From Octopus bimaculoides (lineage: Eukaryota), in the NCBI RefSeq assembly GCF_001194135.2, contig NC_069003.1:7063631-7112843 (forward strand): a stretch of 49,213 nt of DNA. Reading direction: 5' to 3'. Both the position numbers and the translations under genes were made by a program. Each line of letters opens with the position of its first letter. Position 1 is the stretch's first letter. Shown here one piece after another: positions 11,101 through 23,600 of the stretch. Under the pieces are notes generated by a model. That model worked only from the letters and a program-made list of their open reading frames with translations. It searched no databases and was not told where the DNA came from.

Positions 11101-14100
11101 TTTCCATAAACAACGTTATGTTTTGAGTTCAAATTCCGCCGCGGTCGACTTTGCCTTTCATCTTTTCTGGGGTGAATAAATTAAGTACCAGTTGCGTACT
11201 GGATCAACCTAATCGACTGGCTCCCTCCCCCAAAATTTCAGGCCTTGTGCTTAGAGTAGAAAAGAATATTCTGTTAAAAGTAATGCTTATTCATTCATAT
11301 TGCTATGAATTAATCATACAATATTTCGTAGCTTTGAGATTTTAATGACGTAACTGTTAATCTTTAGAATGATGTTGTAGTGTTGGTGTGAGAGGCCAGA
11401 TCTAGCCAGTTTAGACCAAAATAAAACAGAATATTTTGGCTGGATGTCGCTCATTTAAATATTAAAGGGTTAATGATGAAACTTTTAATTTATTTATTCT
11501 GTACAGCTGTTACAAGGACTAAAATGAAGAAGGCAGCCAAAACTCAGGAAATACGAGAAAATTCCAAACCAAAGGCTGCCAGAGCAGTCTGTCGGNNNNN
11601 NNNNNNNNNNNNNNNNNNNNNNNNNNNNNNNNNNNNNNNNNNNNNNNNNATACGAATGTCTGAAGGCATTTATCAATGACATTCCACCTAAATGAGCTGA
11701 ATAAAGCTCTTAGTAGGAGACCAAAATGCTAAACATTGCGAGTTCGTGACTATCTAGCCACAACTCAGAATTGTTCAGTTCTTAACTCTTTTATCATTCT
11801 GATTACTCTGTCAAATATCATCATCATCATCATTTAATGTCTGTTTTCCATGCTGGTATGGATGGATTGGATGGTTTGACAGGAGCTGGTGAACTGAACA
11901 GCTGCACCAGGGTTAATATCTATTTTGGGGCATGGTTTCTGCATCTGAATGCCTCTCCTAATACCAAAATGCAGCAAAGACTCATTTTTCCCTCTTAGTG
12001 TTTTGTTTCGTTTTGAAAAATAAAAATTTATTTTATGGTTTGTTTTTGTTTGTTTTGAATTACATAATCTTTTATGGGGACACCAACATCTTTTAAGTGC
12101 CTAGGGCCTTGATGGGTCTTAGTCCGGCCCTGGCAATATTGATAGTTACAGAGAAAGTGGTGGTGAGAGTGATGATGATGGTAACAATGATGGTTACCAT
12201 GACAATGACAACAGTAATGGGGATTATTGTGATTATAACTGTGACATATCAAACCTTGAGCATTCTTCAAGGAGTTCCTCACCATTCATTATTGTATAAT
12301 CTGTTTTTTTTTTTTTTTGGTCACTTTCTGCAGACATTATAACTCCTTCTTCTTGGAAGAAAGGTCATGAAGTGGTGCTACGAATTCTGGGTTCCAAACC
12401 AAAAGTTCAGCCTGCCAAAACGAAGCCAGGTCTTCAAATAGTTGATCTTCAGACCATTCCAGCCAAACTTCCACAGACTGCTCGTGAAATGATAGAAGAT
12501 TTACAGCTTGGAAGGCAAACTGGTACCTCCTTTCATTCTACTATCCGCCCCCCCCTCTATGTGTCTGTCTGTGTGTCCCCACTGTGTTTTGTGATTATTT
12601 CTTTACACTTTTCTTTTGTTTTTCTCCTCCTTTCTTTTGTTTGTTGTTTTCTTCATTTTCCTCTCTTACTCCTTTTAATTCTTATTTTTCTTTTCTTCTT
12701 CTTCCTCTTTATTCTCCTCCTCCTCTGCCTTCTCCTAGTCTGCTTTCTCTTCTTCCTCCTCTTCTGATACTTTTCATTGGATATGAATAATAATTGCTGC
12801 TAACAGGGGCACAAAGTCTTAAGTTTGGGGGCAGGTTAGGGTCAGTTGATGAAATCAACCCCAATAGTTGACTGGTACTTAATTATATCGATCCCCAAAA
12901 GAGGAAAGGCAGAGTTGACCACATTGAGATTTGAACTCAGTGCACTTTGAATAAAGAGCAAAAAACATGGTGCCAACCACTGCATGGTTGCAGTCCAATG
13001 AGCAAAACAAGTAAAGTAAGTAAGATCCCTTACTGGTGTCCTCTCAACCAATATTCTGCTATAGGTGCCACTGGATGACTGCTCTGGTGATGATGTCATT
13101 CTACACTTGCTGACCCATGGTGCTAGCCTTAGCATGCTCAAGGTCGAGGTGCTGCAACTTCGGGTCCTCCTTGACTTTTTTTTGCCCATGGCAGGCTTTT
13201 GAAAGACAAAGGGGTGGACAGTTTGGCACCAACAGATCTGTAATCTACCTCATCTTTGCCAATGACAGTGCCATCTTCGCTTCACTGCCAAGCTATGGAT
13301 ATACAACATTCCCTGCTTCACTCGGCCTTACGGTCTCAAGATCAATGCAGACAAGATAAAAGTTCTAGCAACAAATGGCTTTCTGGCTATCATGCATCTT
13401 GATTAAGTGAAACAAGTAAAAGATAAAAGATATTTTCTGCTGCTGATTTGTTTTTTTTTTCTTTTTTGTTTGTTTGTTTTAATTTTTCAATGATGCATCT
13501 CTGTTTGTTTCTTCACGTATGCCAGACACCTGTATCAACGGTAACCATGAGTACGAGTCGAAAACTTTTGAGAGACCCAAAACCAAAGAAAAGGAGTTTG
13601 ATAAACCTCCTCCGATTTTATCTATCTTAAAAAGGAAACCCAAATTTACAGGTAAGAACATTTACCTTGTCTTCTTTCTTTCCTCATGCAAATTGTAAAA
13701 GTTTTTGCTTAGATTTCAAAACATCCTGATGATGTCTTGAGCTAACTGGATCCTATAAAGGAGCTGTTGTGGTAGCAGACCACGAAACATGGTTGAGATT
13801 TCTTTCCTGTATGTACGTGTGTGTCTTTGTGAGGACAAAAACCATTTTCTTATAATGTAGTGATAATGAAGCTTAACGACCCATAAAGTTATTTCTTGCA
13901 TCAGTTTTGAAAAATTACAATTTCTGTCAAGGTTTGATAAAAAATAAATTCAATCAGTTTTAAGTCTAAAAAACACATTTTTCTGTCTCTTTCGAGTAGT
14001 CCTAGACTCTGAAAAACAACCAAAGGTTCGCCATTATGACCCGGAAGAAGTTCGTAAATTTATTGCAAAGAAGAAAACTGAGAGAGTTCAAAAGGCAAGA

Positions 14101-16886
14101 GAGAACCAAGAAGCTTTGCACAACGAATTTATAAAACGACAAGAAAGGCTCCAAGAGGTCTACCGCAAACAGAAAGAGTCAACTGCATTAATTATGAGAA
14201 AAGAAAATATCTACCCAAGTAAAAAGCCTCTCAAAGAGTCAATGTGTTTTGATATGGTAAGGGTGGTGCCTTTTGTTGTTTTTTTGTTTTTAACTCTTTA
14301 GCATTCAGATGGTGCTGTCAGGTGTGATGAATTAATTATTTGGATTGTTTTAAATTAAGCATGCATTGTCTTATGGCTTTGAGGTTTTGATAATATACGA
14401 TTGTTTATTTTTAGAATAACATTGTAGGGAAGGTGTAAGAGGATGGATCTGGACTTATTTCATTTATTTGATGGTGTGGGCTTTAAGCTGTTGGGATGGC
14501 TATGTTGTTTAGAGATTGTAACTGGAGTTACTTTTGATGGCGGCGGAGGAGGAGGTGGTGGTGGTGGTGGTTGATGGTGTTAATATACTGAACTGGTCAT
14601 TACAGTTATGTGCAAGTGGTTAACCTCGTCAATGTAGTGAACCAAAATAGGTCAATAAATAACCATAAAAACACACACGGGTGTATTAGTTGCACCCCAA
14701 TTTCAGCAATGTGTTTTCATGGAAAAAATGAATGTTTTTGATGCATTGAAACTTATGGGAGGCTTAACTTCACACATACGACCCAAAGTGGGTGTTTTTT
14801 TTTATTTTAATTTTCTTTTTTGAGACATTTTTTGTTTTTGGAAGAAAAGTGCATCTTATATGCCATCAAACACGATAATTAAAATTTCCTGTATAGTGGT
14901 AATGAGATCGTTGGTTAACTGTAGTCGTGACGAAAGGGAGACGACTCTAAAATCGACATTAGCATTCTGTGAATGAGATGAGACATTCATGCGTAGGGTG
15001 ATAATATTTTAATCAGTTTGACAGTGGTGGAAAGTGCAGGAATGTTTCTGCCTTATTTAACCTTATCAGTGAAGCATAGATTTTTTTTTTCCCCAGTGAT
15101 TAACAAATCTAGTGATAGATTATCCTTAGGTAGATGCGTAGCTGTATTTCATCTGCTACGTTCTGTGTTCAAATTCCGCCAAGGTCAACTTTGCCTCGCA
15201 TCCTTTTGGGGTTGATAAATCAAGTATTAGTACTGGGGTCAATGTGATCGACTGTCCGCCTCCCCTCAAAATCCAGGTCTTGTGCCTATGGTAGAAAGGA
15301 TTGTTATAGATTACTTAAATATGAAGTATTACTTGAACTGCTACCTCATCTCCATAGCAGCATATTGCATTCCTTAGTACTCTTTTACTTGTTTCAGTCA
15401 TTTGACTGCGGCCATGCTGGAGCAGCGCCTTTAGTCGAGCAAATCGACCGCAGGACTTATTCTTTGTAAGCCTGGTACTTTTTCTATCGGTCTCTTTTGC
15501 AGAACTGCTAAGTTACAGTGACATAAACACACCAGCATCGGTTGTCAAGCAATGCTAGGGAGACAAACACACACACACACACACACATATATACGACGGG
15601 CTTCTTTCAGTTTTCGTCTACCAAATCCACTCACAAGGCTTTGGTCGACCCCAGGCTATAGTAGAAGACACTTGCCCAAGGTGCCATGCAGTGGGACTGA
15701 ACTCTGAACCATGTGGTTCGTAAACAAGCTACTTACCACACAGCCACTCGATGGATTATTTTTGTTGAATTCTTGATTTCTTCCCTTTTAGTCGATGTTT
15801 GATTCAGAGGACTCCACAGCTGTCAGTGCTAAAGCTAAAGTTAGCGAAAACAGCGAGGATTCAACTGAAGAGACGGAAGAGGGTTCTACAACTTCAAAAA
15901 CTTCTCCGCATGAAAGGTAACATTTATTCTTATTTTTACTGTTTCAGCTGTTTTTGTTGGTCCCTTTTATCCTATTCTCCCCGCCCCCAAATCTCCTTTC
16001 TTGCATCATTGGTGGTCTCCCACTTCCTCTTACTGATTCTCCATGTCTTACTCCCCCTCCACCAAATCCTCCTGCACCTTCCACCCATCCGCACACTCGG
16101 TCCTTCTGCCCAACTCATTTCTACCCACTTCACACCTATTCTCTGCACTGTCAGTCATCCCACCCCCTACTCGCTTCCTCCCTCCTGGTCCCTCTACCCC
16201 ACTCATTCCTACCCTCCTCACACTGTCAAGGGTCCACTCAGACACCTCCCCTCTAAAATGTCAGTAGTTATGTATCTCCTCCGCTACAACAAGAAACCTG
16301 TCCTGCTCTTCTGGTCTTTTCCTTCTTTTACCCCCCTCATCTTCCAGTGTCAAGCCCCCTCTTCAGTGTTTGTAATCTTACGAGCTGCATAACCACCTTA
16401 TCAGTGGTAGTGGGCGTGAAAAGAAGAACCTTGTACATGCTGTAAAGTGGTTGGCGCTAGGAAGAGCATCTGACCATGGAAACCATGACTTCGAACAGAA
16501 GTTTGAGAAAACAAAAATAGAGGTTATTAAGATGGTCACCACCTCCACCCTCAGACTATTTGTTATCTTTAAAAATGTTATTCTTCTGATATTTTCATCT
16601 TAACACACGTACACACAAACACTACAATAATAACAATAACAATAGTAATAATAATAATAATAATAATTATTATTATTATTATTGCTGGCAGAATTGTTAG
16701 CATGCCGGGCAAAATGCTTGGTAGTATTTTGCCCATTGTTACGTTCTGGGTTCAAATTCCACCGAGGTTGACTTTGCCTTTCATCCTTTCGGGGTCAATA
16801 AATTACATACCAGTTAAACACTGGGGTTGATGAAATCGACTAGTCCCCTCCCCTAAATTCCAGGCCTTGTGCCTATAATAGAAAGG

Positions 16887-16924
<38 letters not shown>

Positions 16925-17931
16925 GATAGCAAGCTGGAGGACTCATTAGCATACTGGACAAAGTGCTTAGCAGCATCTCTTCATCCGTCTTTACATTTTG
17001 AGTTCAAATTCCACTGCAGTCAACTCTGCCTTTTTGGATCAAAACCATACGAGTGGAGCATTATCTAACCTATGCCAGCATGAAACATGGACATTAACCC
17101 TTTTGATACCAACCCACCTAAAAACTGCCTCTAGCTCTGTCGTACAAATGTCTTGTTTTCAAAAGTAAGCTGGGACAGTAGAATGTCTGACTATCAGCCA
17201 ACAGGTTTTTTTTCTCAGCACAATTTTGTGTTCACAATAAAAGGCCACATTGCTCTCTCAATTGTCTCAGTTGACCCAGTTGTCTAATAGGTACAATGTA
17301 TTGCTATACAGCTCTCTGTTTGTATAGGATTCTGTGCCAGCCCAGCTTCAAAAAGAGTGCAAGAATTTTTGAAGAAGTAATTGCCCATGTTTGTTCTTAA
17401 AGATATCTATCCCTATAGCTTGCCAGATTTGAACCCGTGTGAGTTTTGACTATGGGGTGCATAGCACTTATTTCAATAAGTGCTAAACACTCCACAATAA
17501 ATTGGCATAAACATAAAACTTGCAGCGTTTGATTTTTCCAAGTTATAACAATTATATTAAAGCTATTTAGATGGTCCCAATTTACCTGTTACACCCTGTA
17601 TGTGTACAGGGTATGAATGACCATGGGATTACACCTAGAAAGTTCCCCTCTGAGGCACAAGTTCAGGCAAGGTTGTTTATAAAAGACCAGCAGTCGCGCA
17701 TGCATCACAGCTTCCCCTCTTTATGCCACCGATCTTATTCAAGGGAGAAGCAAAGTCTATACAGCTTTGCACTAGTGATGTTGTAACTCAATTCTACAGC
17801 TTAGTGAAATAAAGTGTCTTACTCAAGAACACAACACACTGCCTAGTCTGGGAATCGAACTCATTACCTCATGAGTGTGAGCCTGATGCTCTAACCACTA
17901 AGCCATACACCTTATAGAGACATACATACAT

Positions 17932-17964
<33 letters not shown>

Positions 17965-19803
17965 TTGTTGGCACTCCGTCGCTTACGACGTCAAGAGTTC
18001 CAGTTGATCCGATCAACAGAACAGCCTGCTCGTGAAATTAACGTGCAAGTGGCTGAGCACTCCACAGACACGTGTACCCTTAACGTAGTNNNNNNNNNNC
18101 CGACCCATTGAATTACAGGCACAACAGAAACAGGAAGTAAGCGTGAGAGAAAGTTGTGGTGGAAGAGTACAGCAGGGTCCGCCACCCACCCCCTGCCGGG
18201 AGCCTCGTGGAGCTTTAGCTGTTTTCGCTCAATAAACACTCACAACGCCTAGTCTGGGAATTGAAACTGCGATCCTATGACCGCGAGTCCGCTGCCCTAA
18301 CCAATGGGCCATTGCGCCTCCACGCACACACACACACACACACACACACATACATATGATAAAGAAATTTCTTTCTCCCTTATTTGTTATTCTCATTTAT
18401 GAATATATTCTAAATGTATTTCAGTATGTCTGACCAGCTGAGTCAAGACAGTGATGCTGCCTACAACAAATGTTCATGCCACTTACCAAGGACCCATTCT
18501 CTGCAAAACCCTGCTGCTGACCGAAAATCTTCCGACTATTTCTATCACAGTCTTCTCTCAACAAACAAACCTGTAAATCCACTGGTACCTGGACCCATCT
18601 CTCGTACTCAATTAGGTAATACAATAGAAGAAGATTTATGTTATGTTATGTTATAGAGCATTTGGTTACATACATAGATATACTTATGTTGTGATCATTG
18701 ATTGATTATTGTGTTTTAGATTGCTAAAGAAAATACCATGTGGGATTTAGTTAATTACTTTTAGACTCATCTGCCATTACCATGTGGTATGTGGCCAACC
18801 AGATCCTCACAGAACACGACATGGTATTCATGATGCAAGTAGAAAAAATCAAGTAACTTGACAAGACGGTTTTTACCTGGATGAGGAAATATCTGACAGA
18901 GACAGGGGACTGACTGGGACATTGCTGGGAGGGTTGCCCAGGACACCCTGAGTAAATACCAACAAATGGTTGATGCAGTGATGTGCTGCAATGGTGTATG
19001 CCCCTCCCCATACCCTTCAGATTCACGGTTCAAATTCAGCCAGGGTCAAGTTTGTCTCTGATCCCTGGTGTTGTTAAACAAGTCACTGGAATATACATGA
19101 CTCAGTCAACTGATTTCTCATCTACAAATTTGTAGACTTGTGCTATTGTTCACCCTCCTCTTTTCCTCTCCTCAGGGGCAGACCCAAGGGAGTACCTGAG
19201 GCACACATGCCCCTCACTTCAAGAAAAGAAGTGTGCCCTTCTAAATAATGTTATTACGCCCTTTTCTCCTGGAATTGTATTCCCTTCTGACCTTGTGCCC
19301 TCCTTTCAAAAAATGCCTGCTCCTACTGGTAAGGAGCCCTATTGATCCACTGCTTCAACCCGCAAATTAACAGTCGATCAGAGTTGAGCTGGTGGCTCCT
19401 ATGAAAACATCAGGGCAGCTGCAACCACCACCATAATATACACTGCCACCACCACCACCACCACATAGCTATACATTGCTACAAGCAACGATCAGAGAGT
19501 TGTCTATACTGATAGTTGGTAGCCTGCTGCTGCATCACATCATCCGACAGTTGGTGAGTTGCATACAGCAACGATTGGATGTTTGTTTACATCAATGCTT
19601 GGAGAGTTGGTTACACCAATATTTGGAGAGTGACTGCTAGTGCCACTAACATAACACTGAGGAATTTGAATGGGTTAATGGAACCTGTAAAACAAGGCAT
19701 TTCCCAGCCGGTTTTATTTCTGAGGATGGACCTTTGTGCCAGAAATATAAAGGTTTTGTGAAACTTTCCGCTTTCAGAAGCTTTCTTATTTTCTCTTCCT
19801 TCT

Positions 19804-19835
<32 letters not shown>

Positions 19836-20593
19836 ATTTATTTATTTATTTATTAATGTTTGTATATGATATTTCTGTTATTTTAGTTACTCGACAATGG
19901 TCCGCAGATTTGAATAGATTACATGATCTTCGGGAATCAGCTGCCACCCTGACTCATAAGATCAAGGAGATGTGTCAAACCAGCAATTTCCCCAGTAAGT
20001 ATGTGTGTGTGTGCGTGTGTGTGAGATCATTGTCATCATCATCATCATTATCATCGTTTAACGTCTGCTTTCCATGTCTAGCATGGGTTGGACGATTTGA
20101 CTGAGGACTGGTGAAGCCAGATGGCTACACCAGGCTCCAGTCTGATTTGGCAGAGTTTCTACAGCTTGATGCCCTTTGGATGGTTTGACCAGAGCTGGTA
20201 AACTGAGGGGCTGCACCAGACTCCAGTCTGATTCGGCATGGTTTCTACAGCTGGATGCCCTTCCTAGCGTCAACCACTCTGAGAGTGTAATGGGTGCTTT
20301 TACATGCTACTGGCATGAGTGCCAGTTGTGTGACATCAGTAGCCTCCACAACTACAATTTCACTTGGCCTGATGGGTCTTTTTCTCATTGCTAAGACTGT
20401 TATTAATATGACAGTGATTATGGAAATAGTGACTGTAACAATGTTATAAAGATATTTAATATATATCAGTCTTTTAAAAAATGTTTTTTTTATTATTTTC
20501 ATAGTTTCTTCTTCCAATATCGTAATACCTGAAGAAGAGCCCGTTTTTGCTGGAACCAAAACAGACCAAAGTTTACCAGGTAAAAATTATTAC

Positions 20594-20636
<43 letters not shown>

Positions 20637-23600
20637 GAGTGAGAGAGCAGTGCATGCCATCAAAGTGACACTGGGGTAAAATATATGAAGCCCAATATAC
20701 CCATCAGGATTACTTGTCTGATAAGGGTACACCAGGCACATGCATCACAACCATATACGCGTGACATAATGATCTCATATCAAAAGGTCCCTGAATAAGG
20801 GTTGTTTAAGGATGATGAATGAAACACCCATGTTTCCAGAGGTGAATTATCCAAACCCAAAAGAATTCCTCTCAACACATGGCTATGATGCTCCCCTACT
20901 ACTTCTGCTCACGATCAGAGATGCACATATCGTCAGCCACCAAGGGACATGCTCAACTAGTTACGGTCAAGCAACTGACAAGCAAATCTGTGGTATTGAG
21001 CAGAATATTTGCTGTAGCCCATCTTTTATACCAAGACAAAGCAATGTCCATGATTGCACTGCCAATCAGTTAAGATCAGAAGACATGAGAGCCACTGCCT
21101 GGTACTGCATCAGGGCATTTATTATTATTACCTCTGCCTGGAACCATGTGGTTGAGGAACAAGCTTCTTACCACACAATTCTTCTTCCTCCTCCTCCCCC
21201 TTCCTCCTTCTTCGTCTTCATCCTTTAACATCTGTTATCCATGCTGGCATGGGTTTGACAGGAGCTGGCAAGGTAGACGACTGCACAGGGTTTCTCTACC
21301 TCAAATAGTTTCATTTCTTACCTGTAATTCTTTCTTCTCTTTCAAGGAGTTCAAAATATTCAGCAAAAAGCAGCGGAAATATTTGACAAGAAGGAAAAAG
21401 ATGCGGCTACGTGCATTCAGGCAGTTTACCGCGGCTACACTGTACGCAAGAACCTCCATTGGCAGAGACTGACTGGCCAAACAGATTTCAGTGAGAAGGT
21501 AAGTTCTAATCACTACAGCCATTGCCTTTCGACTTCTGTGTTTGTTCAGTTTTAATCTTCCTGGATTATAAGCATCATCGGGTTGGACAGAACTTGTTGA
21601 GACAGATTTTCTATGGTCAGATGCTCGTCCTGTCATCAACCCTCATCTATTTCCAAGCAAGCCTTTTCGGTGACACCAGTATCTGTGCTTTTAATGTGGC
21701 ACCAGTGTTGAGAATGTGGTAAGCAGTGATTAGAACGTGGTCTGATTCTGGAAATCTTGCAACTTGGCCGAACAGTCTGTGCCAATACTCGCAAATCATT
21801 CAAGACATACAGCTTGGCACTAATTCCTAATGTTTTTTTCAGTGGGATTCAAACAGTGAAAGTAAATTTTATTTATCTTTTACTTGCTTCAGTCATTAGA
21901 TTTTGACCTTGAAGAATTTTAGTTGAATAAACTAACCCCAGTACTTATCTTTTTGTATAGCTTGGTACTTATTCTATTGGTCTCTTTTGCCGAACCACTA
22001 AGTTACGGGTACATAAACACATACACAAGCAGTGGTGGGGGACAAACACACACACACACACACACATATGATGAGCTTCTTTTAGTTTCTATTTACTAAA
22101 TCCACTCTCAAGACTTTGAATTGCTCAAGGTTCTGTGCAGTGCGACTGAATCTGGAACCATGTGATTGGGAAGAAAACTTCTTACCGCAAGCCATGCGTA
22201 AAACTCATTATTGTGAAACATTAATTACTGCCAGGCAATTGAATACTTCCCTTATTTTGTGCCATTCCAAAACTGACCTTATTCTCAAACGTTACAACTG
22301 ATATATATCTCTTTCAGGCTAACCTCTATCTTGAAAGAAACTCAGTTTCTTCAAGCGATGAGGCACAGAAAACTCCACCCAGATCTAAAGTAAAGGTAAA
22401 TTTTTTAAAATTTTGTATTTATGTTGTTTGTTGTTTATTTGTTTTTATGAAGTTTTATACATGAAGCATTGTTACTGCTTATGAGAAGGCCATATCAGTA
22501 TACCTTGAGTTTTTTTTAAAAAGCCCTAACAATAAAATTCTTTCAGTATTTAGCAAATCAAAGCACAGCACAATTATTTCTGCATAAGCTTTGTTTTCAC
22601 ATTGTAGTGACTCCTTTTTAATTTCAAATTCACCTGCAGTTTTCCTTACCTGGACTAGAATTGAACCAGAATTATGTATTAAGATTATTATGTTAACCCT
22701 TGCACTCGTCATCGTTTTAATGTCCACTTTTCCATGCTCCCATGGAATTCGTTGAGGCAGATTTTCTACGGCTGGATGCCTTTCCTCTCACTAACTCTCA
22801 CCTGTTTTCCAAGCAAAGTATTTTCTCATAGCTAGACATGTTTTTCATGGAAGACTAGAAACAAACAACCCTTTCTGCCCATCCTGCTCTTAACCATTAC
22901 TTGTTTCCAAGCAAGCTTTTAACTGGCTGTGTTTTCCATGAAAAACTGGAAACAAGCAGCATAGATTATATGATGGTAATGATGCTCATTCATGACTGTC
23001 AAAGGGCATAGGAACTCAGGTGAATCAATGACCATCCAATACAGTCAAAGGTAGATGGGGCTCACTAGACGTAGTGAAGACAATCCAGCTAAGAGAAGAA
23101 GACCTCTGAAATAAAAACCATTCTGTGAGAACTTGCAACCAACTGATACTATTTTGCAAAGAAAATACGACATGTGAAGATGTTATAGTCTTGTTCATAG
23201 ACAGCAAATGTCTATGTATGTACTTATATATGTCTGTCTGTACTATTTCTTTTATTTTCAGGGAAAACTATGTTTTGAAAATATATCAGCTTCATCAGAT
23301 GAGATGACAACCCCTCCTCAAACTACAGATTTTCCGAATCCAACATCAAGATTTAAAGTAAATATAATAATTTTATATCCAGACTTCTTCATTAAATGTC
23401 TTCTACATAAACAGGGAGCATGATCATTGTGCTTGTAAGGAGAACTTTATTTATATGTATATATATATATATATATCATCATCATCATCATCATAGAACG
23501 TCCGTGTTCCATGCATGGGTGGAACAGTACCACAAGAGTCGACCAGGCTGAAGCCTACACCAGTCTTCTGTGACTGTTTTGGCAATGTATATATATATTC

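Noticed and set aside
15954-16392. Pro/Ser/Leu-rich ORFs
   Set aside because: C/T-rich low-complexity intron sequence after the 15916 donor
18765-19000. Protein-looking stretch after a ttttag acceptor
   Set aside because: Stops in all frames; more likely a decayed repeat I cannot identify
19523-19553. Strong gtgagt donor suggesting an extra exon
   Set aside because: The phase 1-1 frame has an in-frame TAG just upstream, and 18615->19887 already joins in phase
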